Of a stretch of 64,000 bases of DNA, positions 20,680-32,639 are shown piece by piece. Each line of letters begins with the position of its first letter. Positions within the stretch are counted from its first letter, which is position 1. The notes under the pieces are model-generated. The model had not been told where the DNA came from and ran no database searches. It worked only from the letters and a program-made list of their open reading frames with translations. Location of the stretch: contig CAVQYA010000001.1 of the NCBI GenBank assembly GCA_963718085.1, forward strand, positions 1,308,592-1,372,591, written 5' to 3'. Both the position numbers and the translations under genes were made by a program. This DNA is from an uncultured Chloroflexia bacterium. Its GTDB lineage: Bacteria; Chloroflexota; Limnocylindria; Limnocylindrales; CSP1-4.

Positions 20680-21426
20680 GTGACGTACCGAGGCGGAAGG
20701 GCATCACTCGTCGAGCGATACCACGGGCTGATCGCGGGGGTGAGTACTCGAGCTCCTCGAAGCACGGACCGCCCGATCGGCAGTTCTTCGTCGAGGTGAT
20801 GACCAGGAATTGTCGTCGGACACGCTCCCGGCTCGGCCGGTGGCGATCCTCGAATGCGGGTGCGGACCGGGAGAATGGCTGGACGAGACGGGGAGGCTCG
20901 CTGCGGCCAGCCGTGCGACCGCCGTCGAGCTCTCCCGGCTTCGACATCACGCCCGGCCTGGTTGACCTGGCGCGGGAGCGGTTGCACGGACGGGTCGCGG
21001 GCGAACGGCTCCTCGTCGGCGATGTGCTGGATTCCGAGATCTACACCATGCTCGGCGGCACGTTCGACCTCGTCTTCGCGTTCGAGGTCGTGCAGCAGCT
21101 GCCTCGCGCAGAGCAGATCGTCGCGGTCGAACGCATGCTTGCAGCCGTTCGGGCGGGTGGCGTGCTCGTCGCGTTCGACAACGATCGCCACTCGCCACAC
21201 GGACGCCGGATGGGCACGAAGAAGTGGATCACGCGCTACCTGCGCATCCCCACTCGTTCCGCGCTGGTACATCCACGCTGCGTATCCGCCCCTGGGCCGG
21301 TATGCGGCGGACATGGCCGGCCGCCGTGACCTAGCCGTGCATGTGGCCACGCGCCCGTACTGGCCGAGACGGGCCCTGATCGTGGGTCTTCCGTCCCGCA
21401 GCGGCGAGCAGACGCACGGGCGCTGA
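20680..21426 (+). CDS. Class I SAM-dependent methyltransferase (frameshifted)
   Basis: ILECGCG.GEW, GFDITPGLV, GDVLD, FDLVFAFEVVQQL, R.GGVL. Confidence 0.75.
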
Positions 21427-21603
21427 CGACAGCCCAGGGCGTGGTCCTTGGCTTCCGGGCAGGCGAGGGAACGACTGCGGGGAGCCCCGGGCGTGTGCGT
21501 CAGCCTGATACCCACTGGGGGCTCGCGATCCGTCCAGGTGCACGGTCCGTTCGAGCTTCGCGGGCGCCGCACCGGACTTGGCTCCGGATTGCCTCGCCCT
21601 TTC

Positions 21604-22962
21604 TCAGCCGAGCGTGGGCGTTGATGGGATCCCGTCCGTGCTGAAGTCCATCTCGGTGTACGTGGAGCCCCAGCCAGCCGAACCGACGTGGCTCATGCCG
21701 TAGATGGGCGACTGGGCGATCTCGAATGCGATGGCGTCCTCGGCATGCGCAAAGATCTCGTCGCTGCTGGCGGGTCCCATGACCCAGAAGTCGGCCCGGT
21801 AGCTTCCTGGAAGATACGGCGCCCGTCTCAGCCGGACGGCGATCGTGTGCTCGCCGGTCTTCCAGCCTGGAAGCATCTGGCCGTTCTGAACGCTGTTGAG
21901 GCTCGTCACGAGCACGCCATACCCGTTTCGGATGGCGAGGCCGCAGGCCGGGTAGGCGATGTCGCGGCTCGCCCGCAGCTTGACCGTGATCATGATGTCG
22001 TCATTCGTCACTGGCACGACACTGGAGTCGCCGTTGGCCCGGGTTACCGAATACGAGAGAAGGTCCACGCTTCGATCGCCGCGGACCACCGTCCCTTCGA
22101 ACGAGCCATCGGCGGGCGTGCTGAAGCTCGCGTTGTACGCGTCGATGACCTCCCGCGGCGGCCCAGCCTGTCGAAGCTGCCCCCGATCTAGCCAGACGCA
22201 CAGCGACGAGAGCTCGTTGACGGCAGCCATGTTGTGGCTCACGAAGACCACGGTTCGACCGACGGTTGCCGTCCGGGCTCATCGCGCCCAAGCACTTCTT
22301 CTGAAACGCTGCATCGCCGACCGCCAGCACCTCGTCCACCAGGAGGATCTCGGTCTCGAGGTGGGCGGCGACCGCAAAGGCGAGGCGGACGTACATGCCG
22401 CTCGAGTAGTGCTTGACGGGCGTGTCGAGGAACGCTCGATTTCGGCGAACGCGACGATCTCGTCGAACTTGCGGTCGATCTCGTGACGCCGCATGCCCGA
22501 GGATGGCGCCGCTCAGGTACATGTTCTCGCGACCGGTGAGGTCGGGGTGGAAGCCGGTGCCGATCTCAAGCAACGGCGGCGAAACGGCCGCGAATGCGCG
22601 CGAGCCCGCTGGTGGGCTCGAGTGATGTGGGCTAGGATCTTGAGCAAGGTGCTCTTGCCGGCGCCGTTCCGGCCGATGATGCCGACCACCTCGCCGCGCG
22701 GAACCGAGAACGAGACGTCGCGCAGCGCCCAGAACGTCTCACGCGATGGGAGCGGCGCAGTCGTGCCCCCGAGGATCGGGCGGGCTGCTCGGCGACCCAG
22801 CGACGCGCACCCCGTCGGCGAGCACGTCGCGCAGCGCCACGTACTGGCGTCCTGGTCTGGTGGCGGATGAGGTACGCCTTGCCGAGGCCTTCGCAGCCTC
22901 GATGGCCAGCATCGACTGGCCTGCGCGCCCTCCGGTTGAACGGCCGTCCGTGCAGCGTGCAT
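21604..22962 (-). CDS. wzt: Polysaccharide ABC exporter ATPase with C-terminal Wzt_C domain (frameshifted)
   Basis: [59 protein letters not shown]. Confidence 0.88.
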
Positions 22963-22975
22963 CGCGGCATCGTGC

Positions 22976-23790
22976 TCAGAGATGACGTCGGCCATCGTTC
23001 TCGCTCCGGGTCCGGCGGAAGTACCACAGGCCGGACGCGAGGACGAGGGACCACCGACGACGGCCGAGACCGCGATGCCGGGCAGGTAGACGGGCGAGGT
23101 CGCCGGGCAGGATCGCCCACCGGAAACCGTCGATGACCCCGACCATCGGGTTGAGCGAGTACAGCAAGCTGCCACTGGGCCGGGACGATCGAGCTGCTGA
23201 ACCCGACCGGGGAAGCGTATAGTCGAAGTTGGAGCACGAATGGCACCACGTAGCGGAAGTCCCGGTAGCGGACGTTGAACGCCGAGATCCAGATGCCGGC
23301 GCCAAGGGCGGCCATTCCGGCCAGCACGAGGAAAACCGGGATCGCAAGCAGCCGTACGGTGGGCCCGACTCCCGTGACCAGCATGAGCACGAGGAGAACG
23401 CAAAACGCGATCGCGAAGTCCGCGACGGCCACGATTACCGCGGCGCCCGGAAGCGCTAGCCTCGGGAAGTACACCTTGGAGATCATCTGGGCGTTGTCGA
23501 TGAGGCTCACACTGGCGTGCATCAGGGCATTCGAGAAGAACTGCCAGGGCACGAGCGCGGCGAACACGAGGACGGGGTACGGGGCGCCATTCGACGGTAG
23601 GTTCGCAAGCCGTCCAAAGATGACCGTGAACACGACCATCGTGAGCACGGGCTGAACGACGCTCCAAGCGATGCCGATGACGGTTTGCTTGTACCGGACC
23701 GCCAAGTCTCGCCAAGCGAGGAAGTAGAAGAGTTCTCGGTATCGCCAGAGGTCCAACCAGTAGTGGCGGACAGCAGAACGCCGATGCGAG
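22976..23790 (-). CDS. wzm: Polysaccharide ABC exporter permease (frameshifted; start approximate)
   Basis: [55 protein letters not shown], terminal ADVI. Confidence 0.88.
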
Positions 23791-23914
23791 GGCGGCGAGT
23801 GTCAAGGGACGGCGGAGTTCTACAAGAATCTGGCGAACAACCCTGCCTTGCGGCCCCACTCGGCCGCACCGCGCGGCCGCGTGCTCGATATCCTGAGTGG
23901 CCGTGGACGAGCAC

Positions 23915-25020
23915 ATGAGGGTCGCGTTTCTCGCCAACCCGAACGAAACGTTGGTTCGCGAATGGATGGCCCATTTCGCTCGCCTCGGGCATGTCGTGTC
24001 GCTGGTTGTGGGAACTGACGCCGAGACCCCGGTCGGCCTAGTGCCTGAGATCTCGGTTCGCCGAATCCCACCCTACCGCGGAGTGGCCCTTGGGCGATTG
24101 CGCCTTCCGCGCGCCCGGCGCGCTATTCGCCAGGTGCTCGCGGAGATCGGCCCGGATATCGTCCATGTGCATGATCTGACGACCGGGTTCGGATGGCTTG
24201 CGTGGTTGTCCGGCTTTCGCCCGTATGTACTCTGGGCCTGGGGCTCCGACCTGTACTTGGTAATGTCACGGTCGCCGAGTAATCGCCTGGTGGCGCGACT
24301 CCAGCTGCGCGATGCCGCCATCGTCACCGCCGACTCTGATGATCTCCGCCGGGCCGCGATCCGCATGGGAGCGCGGCGTGACCGTGCCCACACGATCCAT
24401 GAGGGGGTCGACCTTGCTCGCTTCCACCCCGCTCAGCCTGACCCGGCGCTTCGGTCCAAGCTCCAGCTTGAGGGCTCCCGGGTGGTCTTCTCGCCGCGGC
24501 AGATCGCTCCGCTCTATGAGCACCTGTCCGTCGTGCGCGCCTTGGCTGCGCTGCCGGACGACGTGGTGTTGCTCCTCAGCGCGCGCAACGCCCATCCCGA
24601 CTACCTCCGGACGGTCGAGGAGTGCGCCGCCCGCGAGGGCGTCGCCCACAGGCTCCGCATCGTCCCGACCATCGACCATGATGAGATGCCCGCCTACTTC
24701 CGGCTGGCCGACGTGGTGGTCTCGGTCCCGCGCAGCGACGCGACGGCGGCCACGGTAGCGGAAGCCCTGGCATGCGGTCGCCCCGTCGTCGCGAGCGCCC
24801 TTCCGAGCCCCAGAGAATGGCTGGGGAGAGTTGTTCACCTGAGCTTCTTGTACCCGTCGGCGACGCCACGGCGATCGCATCGGCGGTGAGCGTGGCCTTG
24901 TCGCTAGACCCGGAAACGGCGCGCCGTCGCGCGGTCTCTGGGCTTTCGATGGTCCGCGCACGGGGCGAGCGCGAGGAGAACATGCTGCGGATGGAGCGAT
25001 CCGAACTGCGGTCTCAGCCC
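23915..25020 (+). CDS. GT4 glycosyltransferase (frameshift near 24840; end approximate)
   Basis: [41 protein letters not shown]. Confidence 0.85.
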
Positions 25021-25328
25021 GGAGCCGGAGCCCCTGCAGAGCTGTCAGGCCCGGCCCCAGCTGACCCTGTCGGCGCTCTGACCGCGGGCGGTGCTCCCAA
25101 GGCTACGACGCGCGCGACGGACGGCGTCGCTGGCGGCCACAGCAATCTGGGCGCGGTGGCGGCCTGCTTCGACACCGACTTGCGTCCAGTCCGTCGCGTC
25201 GAGCACGGTGTCTTCGTCGGGAGAATGGCGGTCGGGCGCGCACTGGCCGATACTCCTCCGGGGGAGATACGGGTTGTGCCCTGCGCTACGGTTGCCCGGA
25301 ACGGCCAGACGACCTGCGGGAGGATGGC

Positions 25329-25802
25329 GTGGAGTTCCGAATAGTCGGCGAAGGCGATGAGGCGATCCTCGCCGAGCTGTTCGTGCACCTCGACAAGACC
25401 CTTCTTCCGTCCCCATCCCTTTTCCCCGAGGAGGCCCGGCGGATCGCTGGCAGGAGCGGGCACGACGTATTCGCCGTCCTGATCGACGGCGACCAGGCGG
25501 TCGCCTACGGGATGCTCCGCGGATGGGACGAAGGTTACGCGACGCCCTCCCTTGGCATCGCGGTCCGGAATGAATCCCAGGGCCTGGGCCTGGGCCGGAT
25601 CATGATGCAGCACCTCCATCGTGCGGCCCTGATGCGCGGCGCGAGCACCGTTCGTCTCCGCGTGCATCCCGACAACACCCGGGCGAGGCGGCTCTACGAA
25701 GCCCTGGGCTACAGATACCGGGGCGAGGAACGGGATGAGCTCGTCATGGAGGTGGACCTGAATCCCGGGCCTCGAGGCCGCTCCCAGCTTGGCCTCGCCT
25801 GA
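25329..25802 (+). CDS. GNAT N-acetyltransferase
   Basis: YGMLRGWDEGY, LGIAV..QGLGLG, RVHPDN..ARRLYEALGY; GGGAGG RBS. Confidence 0.85.
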   Translation: MEFRIVGEGDEAILAELFVHLDKTLLPSPSLFPEEARRIAGRSGHDVFAVLIDGDQAVAYGMLRGWDEGYATPSLGIAVRNESQGLGLGRIMMQHLHRAALMRGASTVRLRVHPDNTRARRLYEALGYRYRGEERDELVMEVDLNPGPRGRSQLGLA

Positions 25803-25936
25803 GTGACTCATCAGGCCACCACGGCACCAACCACGGTCACCAATCCCTCCCGAGGAGCTGGTAGCGGTCAGGCGTGCTTCGACCTCAGGTCCGGAGACAC
25901 AGGACCCAAGCTTCTTCCCGAAGTACCGCGCCCCGT

Positions 25937-26753
25937 TCATCGCCGAAAACGCGACGAGGGCATCGCGGAGGTCGGCGTCACCTCCGAAACGCGAGCTGGA
26001 TCACCGGACGATGCGGGAACAGCGGCTGTCGGATCACGAGCCCGGTCGTCGCCGGAGCCCCGATGGGACTTGATGGAGCCCGAGGGCAGGCGTCGGCGCG
26101 CGACGGGGGGAAGGGACCCGGCGAGGCCGACTTCAAAGCGCGACGGGAATTCGATCTCGGCGAAGTCCTGCGTGACCCGCACACTGGATCGCCCGAGCAC
26201 CTGTCCAATGGTCATCACCAGGATCGTGAAGTCGAGCCCGAGGCTCCAGGTTTCGACATACCGGACGTCGAGCTCGAGCCGTGCCTCGAACCGCAGCGCG
26301 TGTCGCCCGTTGACGGCCGCCCAGCCTGTGATCCCCGGTCGCATCTCGTGGCGCCGTCGCTCGCGTGGTGTGTAGCGAGGGAGGTACCCGACGAGGAGTG
26401 GCCGCGGTCCGACGAGGCTCATCTCACCTCGAAGGACGTTCCACAATTCGGGAAGCTCATCGATGCTCGACGAGCGGAGGAACCGCCCGAGCCGGGTGAC
26501 CCGATCAACGTCCGACGCATACCAGATCTCGCCCGGCCGGGGCGAACGCATCGTCCGGAACTTGACCAATTCAAAGGGCTGGCCTCGCAGGCCGGAACGT
26601 TGTTGGTGGAAGAACACCGGCCGGCCCTGCGTGGCTCAGAGCTGCGACAGCGACCCAAGCCAGCACTGGGGCTAGCAGGATGAGCCCCGCGACGGCGCCG
26701 ACAATGTCGAGACCTCGTTTCGCAGCGAGCGCCAGTCGCCTCCTCTCGTTCAT
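25937..26753 (-). CDS. Small initiating phosphoglycosyltransferase (PglC-like; frameshift near 26630)
   Basis: KRGLDI + TM, KFRTM, LRSSSIDELPEL.NVL.GEMSLVGPRP, RPGITGWA.VNGR, LDVRYV. Confidence 0.9.
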
Positions 26754-26847
26754 TGCCGGGAGCGCAAGTCGTTTGCGCCTGATCGCGGGCCCGTGGCAGG
26801 ATCCCGCCGACGCAGCGGATCAGCATCAGGCTCACGCGCTCGGATCG

Positions 26848-27966
26848 TCATCCAATCGCCTCGCACAGGGCCGAAGCTACATATCGCACTTCTTCGTCCG
26901 TGAGCTGGCTCGAGAATGGGAGCGCCAGCGTCGCGGCGGCGACCCGCTCGGTCACGGGGAAGTCGCCCGGCTTGAACCCGAACATCGAACGGTAGAACGG
27001 CTGCAGATGGAGTGGCGAGAAGTAGGGCCGTGCGGGGACCCCGAGCCCGGCCAGCCGGCCGATGACGCGGTCACGGTCGATGTCGCGGTGGAGGCGGACC
27101 ACGTAGACGAACCAGTCGACAATCTCACGGGCCCCTGCCCGAGGGAGGCGGAGCCAGTCCCGATCCCCGAGCGCGAACTCGTAGGCCGCCGCAACGCGTG
27201 CTCGCCCCGCGCGCAGCTCCCGCAGCCGCTCGAGCTGCGCCACCCCGACGGCTGCCGACATCTCATCGAGCCGGTAGTTGTAGCCGAGGCGGACGTGACG
27301 AAGCCATGTCCCATTGGCATCCCGGCCCTGGTTGCGGAGGCTGCGCATTGTCTCAGCGAGCGCCGGGTTATCGGTCACGACCATGCCGCCTTCGCCAGTC
27401 GTGATCTGCTTGTTCGGGTAGAACGCGAAGACGGCGACGTCGCCAAAGCTACCCAGAGGCCGTCCGCCGACCGACGAGCCGAGGCCCTCGCAGGCGTCTT
27501 CGATAATCGCCCAACCGTGCCGCCGAGCCACCGCCTCGACCGCCTCGATCCGGCACGGGCGACCGAATACGTGGACGGGCAGGATCGCTCGAGTGCGGCT
27601 CGAAGCGGCAGCCTCTATGAGATCCGGGTCGAGCCCGAGGCAGTCCTCCTCGATGTCGACGAAGCGGGGGACGCCGCGCTCGTACAGAACGCAGTTGGCG
27701 GAGGCAACGAAGCTGAAGGGGCTCGTGATCACCTCGTCCCCCTCGCCGATCTCGAGGACGCGTACTCCCAGGTGAAGCCCTGCCGTCCCGCTCGAGCACG
27801 CAACGCCCTCCCGTCGGCCAGCGACCGCGGCGATGCCCGCCTCGAATCGCTGCGTGAACGGGCCCATCGCGAGAACGTCGCTGCGCAGGACCTGAGTCAC
27901 AAACTCGAGTTCGAGTGGCCCAACGTCGGGCCGGGCGAGTGGGATGGTGCGACGGGACGGGCCCAA
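26848..27966 (-). CDS. DegT/DnrJ sugar aminotransferase (PglE/PerA-like)
   Basis: SSGTAGLH, PVHVFG, EDACE, FYPNKQITTGEGG, GYNYRLDE. Confidence 0.92.
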   Translation of the reverse strand: MGPSRRTIPLARPDVGPLELEFVTQVLRSDVLAMGPFTQRFEAGIAAVAGRREGVACSSGTAGLHLGVRVLEIGEGDEVITSPFSFVASANCVLYERGVPRFVDIEEDCLGLDPDLIEAAASSRTRAILPVHVFGRPCRIEAVEAVARRHGWAIIEDACEGLGSSVGGRPLGSFGDVAVFAFYPNKQITTGEGGMVVTDNPALAETMRSLRNQGRDANGTWLRHVRLGYNYRLDEMSAAVGVAQLERLRELRAGRARVAAAYEFALGDRDWLRLPRAGAREIVDWFVYVVRLHRDIDRDRVIGRLAGLGVPARPYFSPLHLQPFYRSMFGFKPGDFPVTERVAAATLALPFSSQLTDEEVRYVASALCEAIG

Positions 27967-28364
27967 GCGATGAAGTCATGGGGTCTCCGGGTTCTGGGCT
28001 GCTGCAGGGGTCTCCGGGGCCATCGGCGCGGCCAGCCTGCACGGTTCACGACCCCCGGCAGGAGCGCCCACGCCCGCCCAAGCGCCGGCTCGGGCTCGGT
28101 CCCCGGCTGGAGATCCAAGCCTGGAACCCGAGGATGTCGTGGAGTCCGGTCGGCACTCGATGCAGCGCGGCATCGCCGATGAACCCGGCCAAGCTCACGG
28201 GCCCTGGCTCGCAGTCGGTAGCAGAAGGCGTTCGCTCGCGGCGCTCGTAGTCCCTTCGCCGACGGACCGAGTACCCACGGCCGATAGCCCGGGCGGATCG
28301 CGAGCCGTAATCTCCTGTTGCGTCGCAAGTTGGCGCGGGCTGACCGCCATAGCTCGGCCAGCCT

Positions 28365-28437
28365 CCACGAGAATAGCACTCCCGTCGCGAGGCGGGGCCG
28401 CAAAGCCACGGGACTCTGGGTCAGCCGGGTTGCCGAA
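28365..28437 (+). ncRNA. GEMM-I (c-di-GMP-I class) riboswitch with A20 variant, candidate c-AMP-GMP sensor
   Basis: CACGAGAATAGCACT-CCCGTC-GCGA-GGCGGG-GCCGCAAAGCC-ACGGG..CAGCCGGGTTGCCGAA. It shows P2 with a GNRA loop, the GCAAAGCC junction and 3' GGGTTGCCG, directly 5' of a CDS. Confidence 0.85.
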
Positions 28438-28475
28438 CGGAGCCACCACCATGTCCTGGAATAAGAGGCGCCGGA

Positions 28476-30136
28476 TTGACGAGCAAGCGCCGGCGCGCCT
28501 CTGCCGCGTCGTCGCCGGGCACGCGACTGGCTGCGGTCGGCGTCATGATCTTCGGGATCGCCGCCCTCGCGGTCCCGTTCGTGGCGACGACCGCCGCGTC
28601 CAGCTCCGCTGACCGGCTCATCGCGTCGTGGGGCGGCCCGTTCGACACCCGGGTCTTCCAGGAATCGACGGTGCTCGCCAGGTACGCCAAGACTGGCGTC
28701 GCCAGAAGGGTGACCAGTTCCTGGGTCGGTACGCGGCAGTCTTCGCAGGCTGACGCCGTCGTGACCTTCACGTTCACGGGATCCGGCGTCTCGTGGATCG
28801 GGCCTACGGGACCGAACCAGGGCAACGCGTGGGTGTACGTCGACGGGCGATACGTTCGGACGGTCGACACCTACTCGCGCACACCCAGGCCGCGCGAGGG
28901 ATTGTTCACTACGTCGTTCGCGAGCTTTAGCCGTCACACCCTGACGATCCAGGTCCGCCGGTCGACGGCACGGAAGGTGTCCGTGGATGCATTCCTGGTG
29001 CGCGGTGCCGCGCTAAGGTTGACCGGGAGCTCCGACTCCCACGCCCGCACCGACACCGACTCCCACCCCGCCGACTCCGACCCCGGTGCCGACGCCCGCG
29101 CCGACGGCGACGCCCATGGCCACGCCGGCGCCGACCGCCACGCCGACGCCCACGCCGGCGCCGACCGCCACGCCGACGCCCACGCCGGCGCCGACCGCCA
29201 CGCCGACGCCCACGCCGGCGCCGACCGCAACGCCGACGCCCACGCCGGTCCCGGTCGTGGCGCCGACGCCCACGCCGGCGCCGACCGCCACGCCGACGCC
29301 CACGCCGGCGCCGACCGCCACGCCGACGCCCACGCCGGTCCCGGTCGTGGCGCCTGCCGCCTGCGGAACCCTTCAGGCGCGGATCGACGCGACCCCGGCT
29401 GGCGGCGGCTGCTCGACCTCGCAGGCTGTGCGTACACGGCCGGGGCGACCGTCAACAGGCCCATGACCCTCCGCAATGGAACCGTGACCGTCGGTAGCAG
29501 CCAGACAGCCGTATCGGTCACCTCGAGCAATGTAACCTTGGACGGCTTGTCCATCAGCGGGGGCGGAGTGGCGCAATACGGCATTCTTGCCCATTCCGTC
29601 TCCGGCCTGACGATCCAACGCTCCACGATCACCGACATCCGCTACGCCGAAATCATGGTGCTGTCTGTCTCGGGTGGGGACCATCAGCTCCAACACGGTG
29701 CAGCGCATTGGGGTACAGCTCGCCAACGGCGACAACGCCTACGGCATCGCGGTCTCCGCATACGGCGGCGAGCCCAGGTCCTCGGATGTCACCGTCACCG
29801 GCAACACTGTCGAGGACGTCCCGACATGGCACGGGCTCGACACCCACGGTGGCCTGCGGATCGCGTTTACCAACAACACGGTACGCCGTGCGTCGCGCCC
29901 TGTTCATCACGACCGACACCTCGGGCAACCGCGCGACTGACATCACGGTCACGGGCAACGTGTTCGGCTCGCCGGCCCGGGTCACCTACAACCTCGTGGC
30001 CGTGACGACCTACTCCGCAGTGGGCGTGACCGTCACGGGCAACACCGCCACGGGCTGGGGCACTGCCGCCTTCTTCTACGACTACAACGCCCTGAGCACA
30101 GGTCTCTTCGTATCGGGCAACACGGTGACGAAGTAG
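28476..30136 (+). CDS. Secreted protein: beta-sandwich/CBM-like domain, Pro/Thr linker and right-handed beta-helix (frameshifted)
   Basis: Signal peptide; [23 protein letters not shown]; [10 protein letters not shown] repeats; beta-helix repeats [40 protein letters not shown]. Alternative ATG at 28451. Confidence 0.78.
29031..29352 (+). repeat. Coding tandem repeat, ~30-bp unit CCGACGCCCACGCCGGCGCCGACCGCCACG ([10 protein letters not shown]) with PVVA variants
   Basis: Directly visible near-identical units with no unique spacers. Confidence 0.92.
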
Positions 30137-30225
30137 CCGGGGCTCCCAGTACCGTTAGGAGCGGCCGGGCCTACGTCGTGAGCGATCATGAGTAGCGCCT
30201 GGAGTTGATCACGAAATGCGCAATG

Positions 30226-30252
30226 GCCCTCGGGGTGACCCGGGGGCCCTTG
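30226..30252 (+). terminator. GC hairpin between convergent genes
   Basis: GGCCCTCGGG-GTGA-CCCGGGGGCC followed by CTT; weak U tract. Confidence 0.45.
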
Positions 30253-30391
30253 AGTCGGGTCGAACACGACGAGGTCCCACCTTCAGGCTCGGGCTGCTGA
30301 GCTCGCCAAGGCCGCGCTGATCCGCCACGGCGCTCAGCGGGCGATCACGTCACGACGTTGTTCCGGCGCCGAACATCGAGGATCCCGTCTA

Positions 30392-31335
30392 TCAGCTGTA
30401 TCCCACGCGGACCTTGCTCAGTAGCCAGCGCCATTCGAGCCCCGTCGCTGCGCGGCCGTGAGGACCGTCCCGCCACGACGTTCGGCGAGATAGTCGAGGA
30501 GGGTCGGAGACGGGCACGAACCAGCCGTTCTTCGCGGCCAGCCGCGTCATCAGCTCCGCGAACCGGGGGTCGAGCCCGCCGTCGCTCCAGAAGCCGGACG
30601 CGAAGTGGGTATACATGATGCACGCCCCGCCCTCGGCCTCCAGGCGGTCCTGGTTCGCCTCGGACAGGCAACGGTTGAAGGCCACGACGTCGGCGCCCTC
30701 CGAGGAGGCGAACCGGGCGTTCACGTACGGGCGCTCCGGGTCGTGGTAGGGCATCAGCGGGCACGCCGCGAGGGTGTTGACGTCCGTGGTAGGTGAAGTT
30801 CCGGACGTAGCGCACCCGGTCCCGGCAGACGTCGCCCCAGAACAGCGGGTCGCCCTCCACGTGGCCCCGGAACACGCCCGCGCGTCGAAGAGCCGGTCAT
30901 CAGGTTGTAGGCCAGGCGTGCGGCCCCGCTGACGCGGTCGCTCACCCCAGTAGATCGGACTCGGCGCAGCCGGAGTGGTTCGCCAGCGACGCAGGATCGT
31001 GGCCGTAGATCTCGCGAAAGCGGTCCATCGCCCGGACGACCTGGTCGCGGGGTGAGGTCGTGTAGGTCGCCCCGTGCGAGCCGATCTCGAAGCCGGCTCG
31101 CCTGGAGCCCGAGCGTCCACGTCCGGTAGCCGTCGTCCTCGCAGGTCAGGCCGCCGATGCGCGGCGTTCCGGCGCCCTTGATCGGCCACACGGATTTGGT
31201 CGTGCGCAGTCCGAGCCGGCCGAGCAGCTCGTAGACGGGTGCGACGTTCTCAAGGGTCGCGATATCCGTGTCGTCGAAGACGGTGAACGCGAAGTCCTTA
31301 CCGTCCGGCCACGTGATCCGGCGTCCCGCGCGCAC
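30392..31335 (-). CDS. Polysaccharide deacetylase-like (NodB-fold) protein (frameshifted)
   Basis: FAFTVFDDTD, RTTKSVWP, EIGSHG, ANHSG, CIMYTHFASGF, GWFVPV. Confidence 0.7.
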
Positions 31336-31576
31336 CGTCCCTCCTTGTTGTCGCCTGCCAGCCGGCGGCGAGTGCACGACGCCGACCCGTGGCGGCGGAA
31401 CCGTCGCGCATCATACGGGCTGGCGGGTCGCCTATCGGACGGGGCGTCGGAGTCGGGAGGGGCGATGCTGGGGACAGCCCGTCGGCGTCGGTCGCCCCGG
31501 GGTGCCGCCCCGCTTCGGACCCGGAGTGCCAGCCCGAAAACGTGACGACTACGCAGGGCACGCGCGGAGACGCGAC

Positions 31577-32639
31577 GTGACGCGCACGCCAGGTCGAGCT
31601 GACCGAGCGCCTCAGGTATTCCTGGAGCGCATCCCCTATGAGCCCGTGGCGTGGGAGGCGATCGTGGCCGCCATCCCGAGGCCGAGGTGTTCCACGGTGC
31701 CGCCTGGCTCGAGTTCCTGGCCGCCTCGCAGGGTGCGGAGCCGGTCGTGGCGGTCGTCCGGGCCGATGGACGCCCGGTCGGCTACTTCGTCGGGGCAATC
31801 GTCCGCCGCTACGGCGTCCGGATCCTGGGCAGCCCGCTTCGTGGCTGGGGCACGATGTTCATGGGCTTCCTGCTCGAGGAGGGCTTCGACCGACGCGCAG
31901 CCGCCGAGGCGCTCCTATCCTTCGCCTTTCGCGACCTGGGATGTCTCCACGTGGAACTGGCCGACCGGTACTTGACGGTCGCGCTGACGCGGCTCCGGCT
32001 ACGTGGTGGAACCGACGGCTCGTACGTCGTCGATTTCGAGCCGGACGAGGAGGCGATCCTCGGGGGCATGCGGCGCACTACCCGCAACTACATTCGCCAG
32101 GCGGGCCGGAAGGGCCTCTCGGGCCGAGCGCGCGACCGGGGTCGTTTCGCGGACGAGTACTACGGCCAGCTGGTCGAGGTCTTCGCACGGCGGGCCTCGC
32201 CCCGACGTACGGGGTCGAGCGGGTGCGTCAGCTGATCCTCGCGCTCCAGGCGGCCGACGAGATCCTCCTCCTGCGCGTCCTCGCGCCGGACGGGGGTGCG
32301 ACTCGACGCTGGAGTGGTGGTCGGTCGGCCGGACGGCCGTGCTCTGGGCGCCGCCTTCCAGCGGTCGCGTGCTGACCTCCATCCCAACGAGTCGCTGCAC
32401 TGGGCCGCGATGCGCCATTGGCGTCGCGGGGCGTCCTCCGTTACGACATGGGCGGGGGTGGCGACTACAAGGCGAAGTACGGCGGCGTCGGACACCGGTG
32501 TCGCTTCCATCGCTCGCGCTACGCGGGGCTGCGACACTTCCGGACTGCGGTTCGTTGCCTCGCCCGCGCACATCAGAAGGTAGCTGGCGCCCGCAAGCGA
32601 CTGGTCGCACGCCATGGGGATCGGGCAGTCGATGAATGA
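31577..32639 (+). CDS. FemAB-like/Acetyltransf_6 GNAT protein (frameshifted)
   Basis: VFH..AWL, ILGSPL.GWGT, R.TRNYIRQA, PNE.LHW.AM, YDMGG.GDYKAKYG. Confidence 0.75.

Noticed and set aside
29031-29352. CRISPR array suggested by ~30-bp periodicity
   Set aside because: The units are contiguous, with no unique spacers, encode a Pro/Thr linker, and no cas genes are present.
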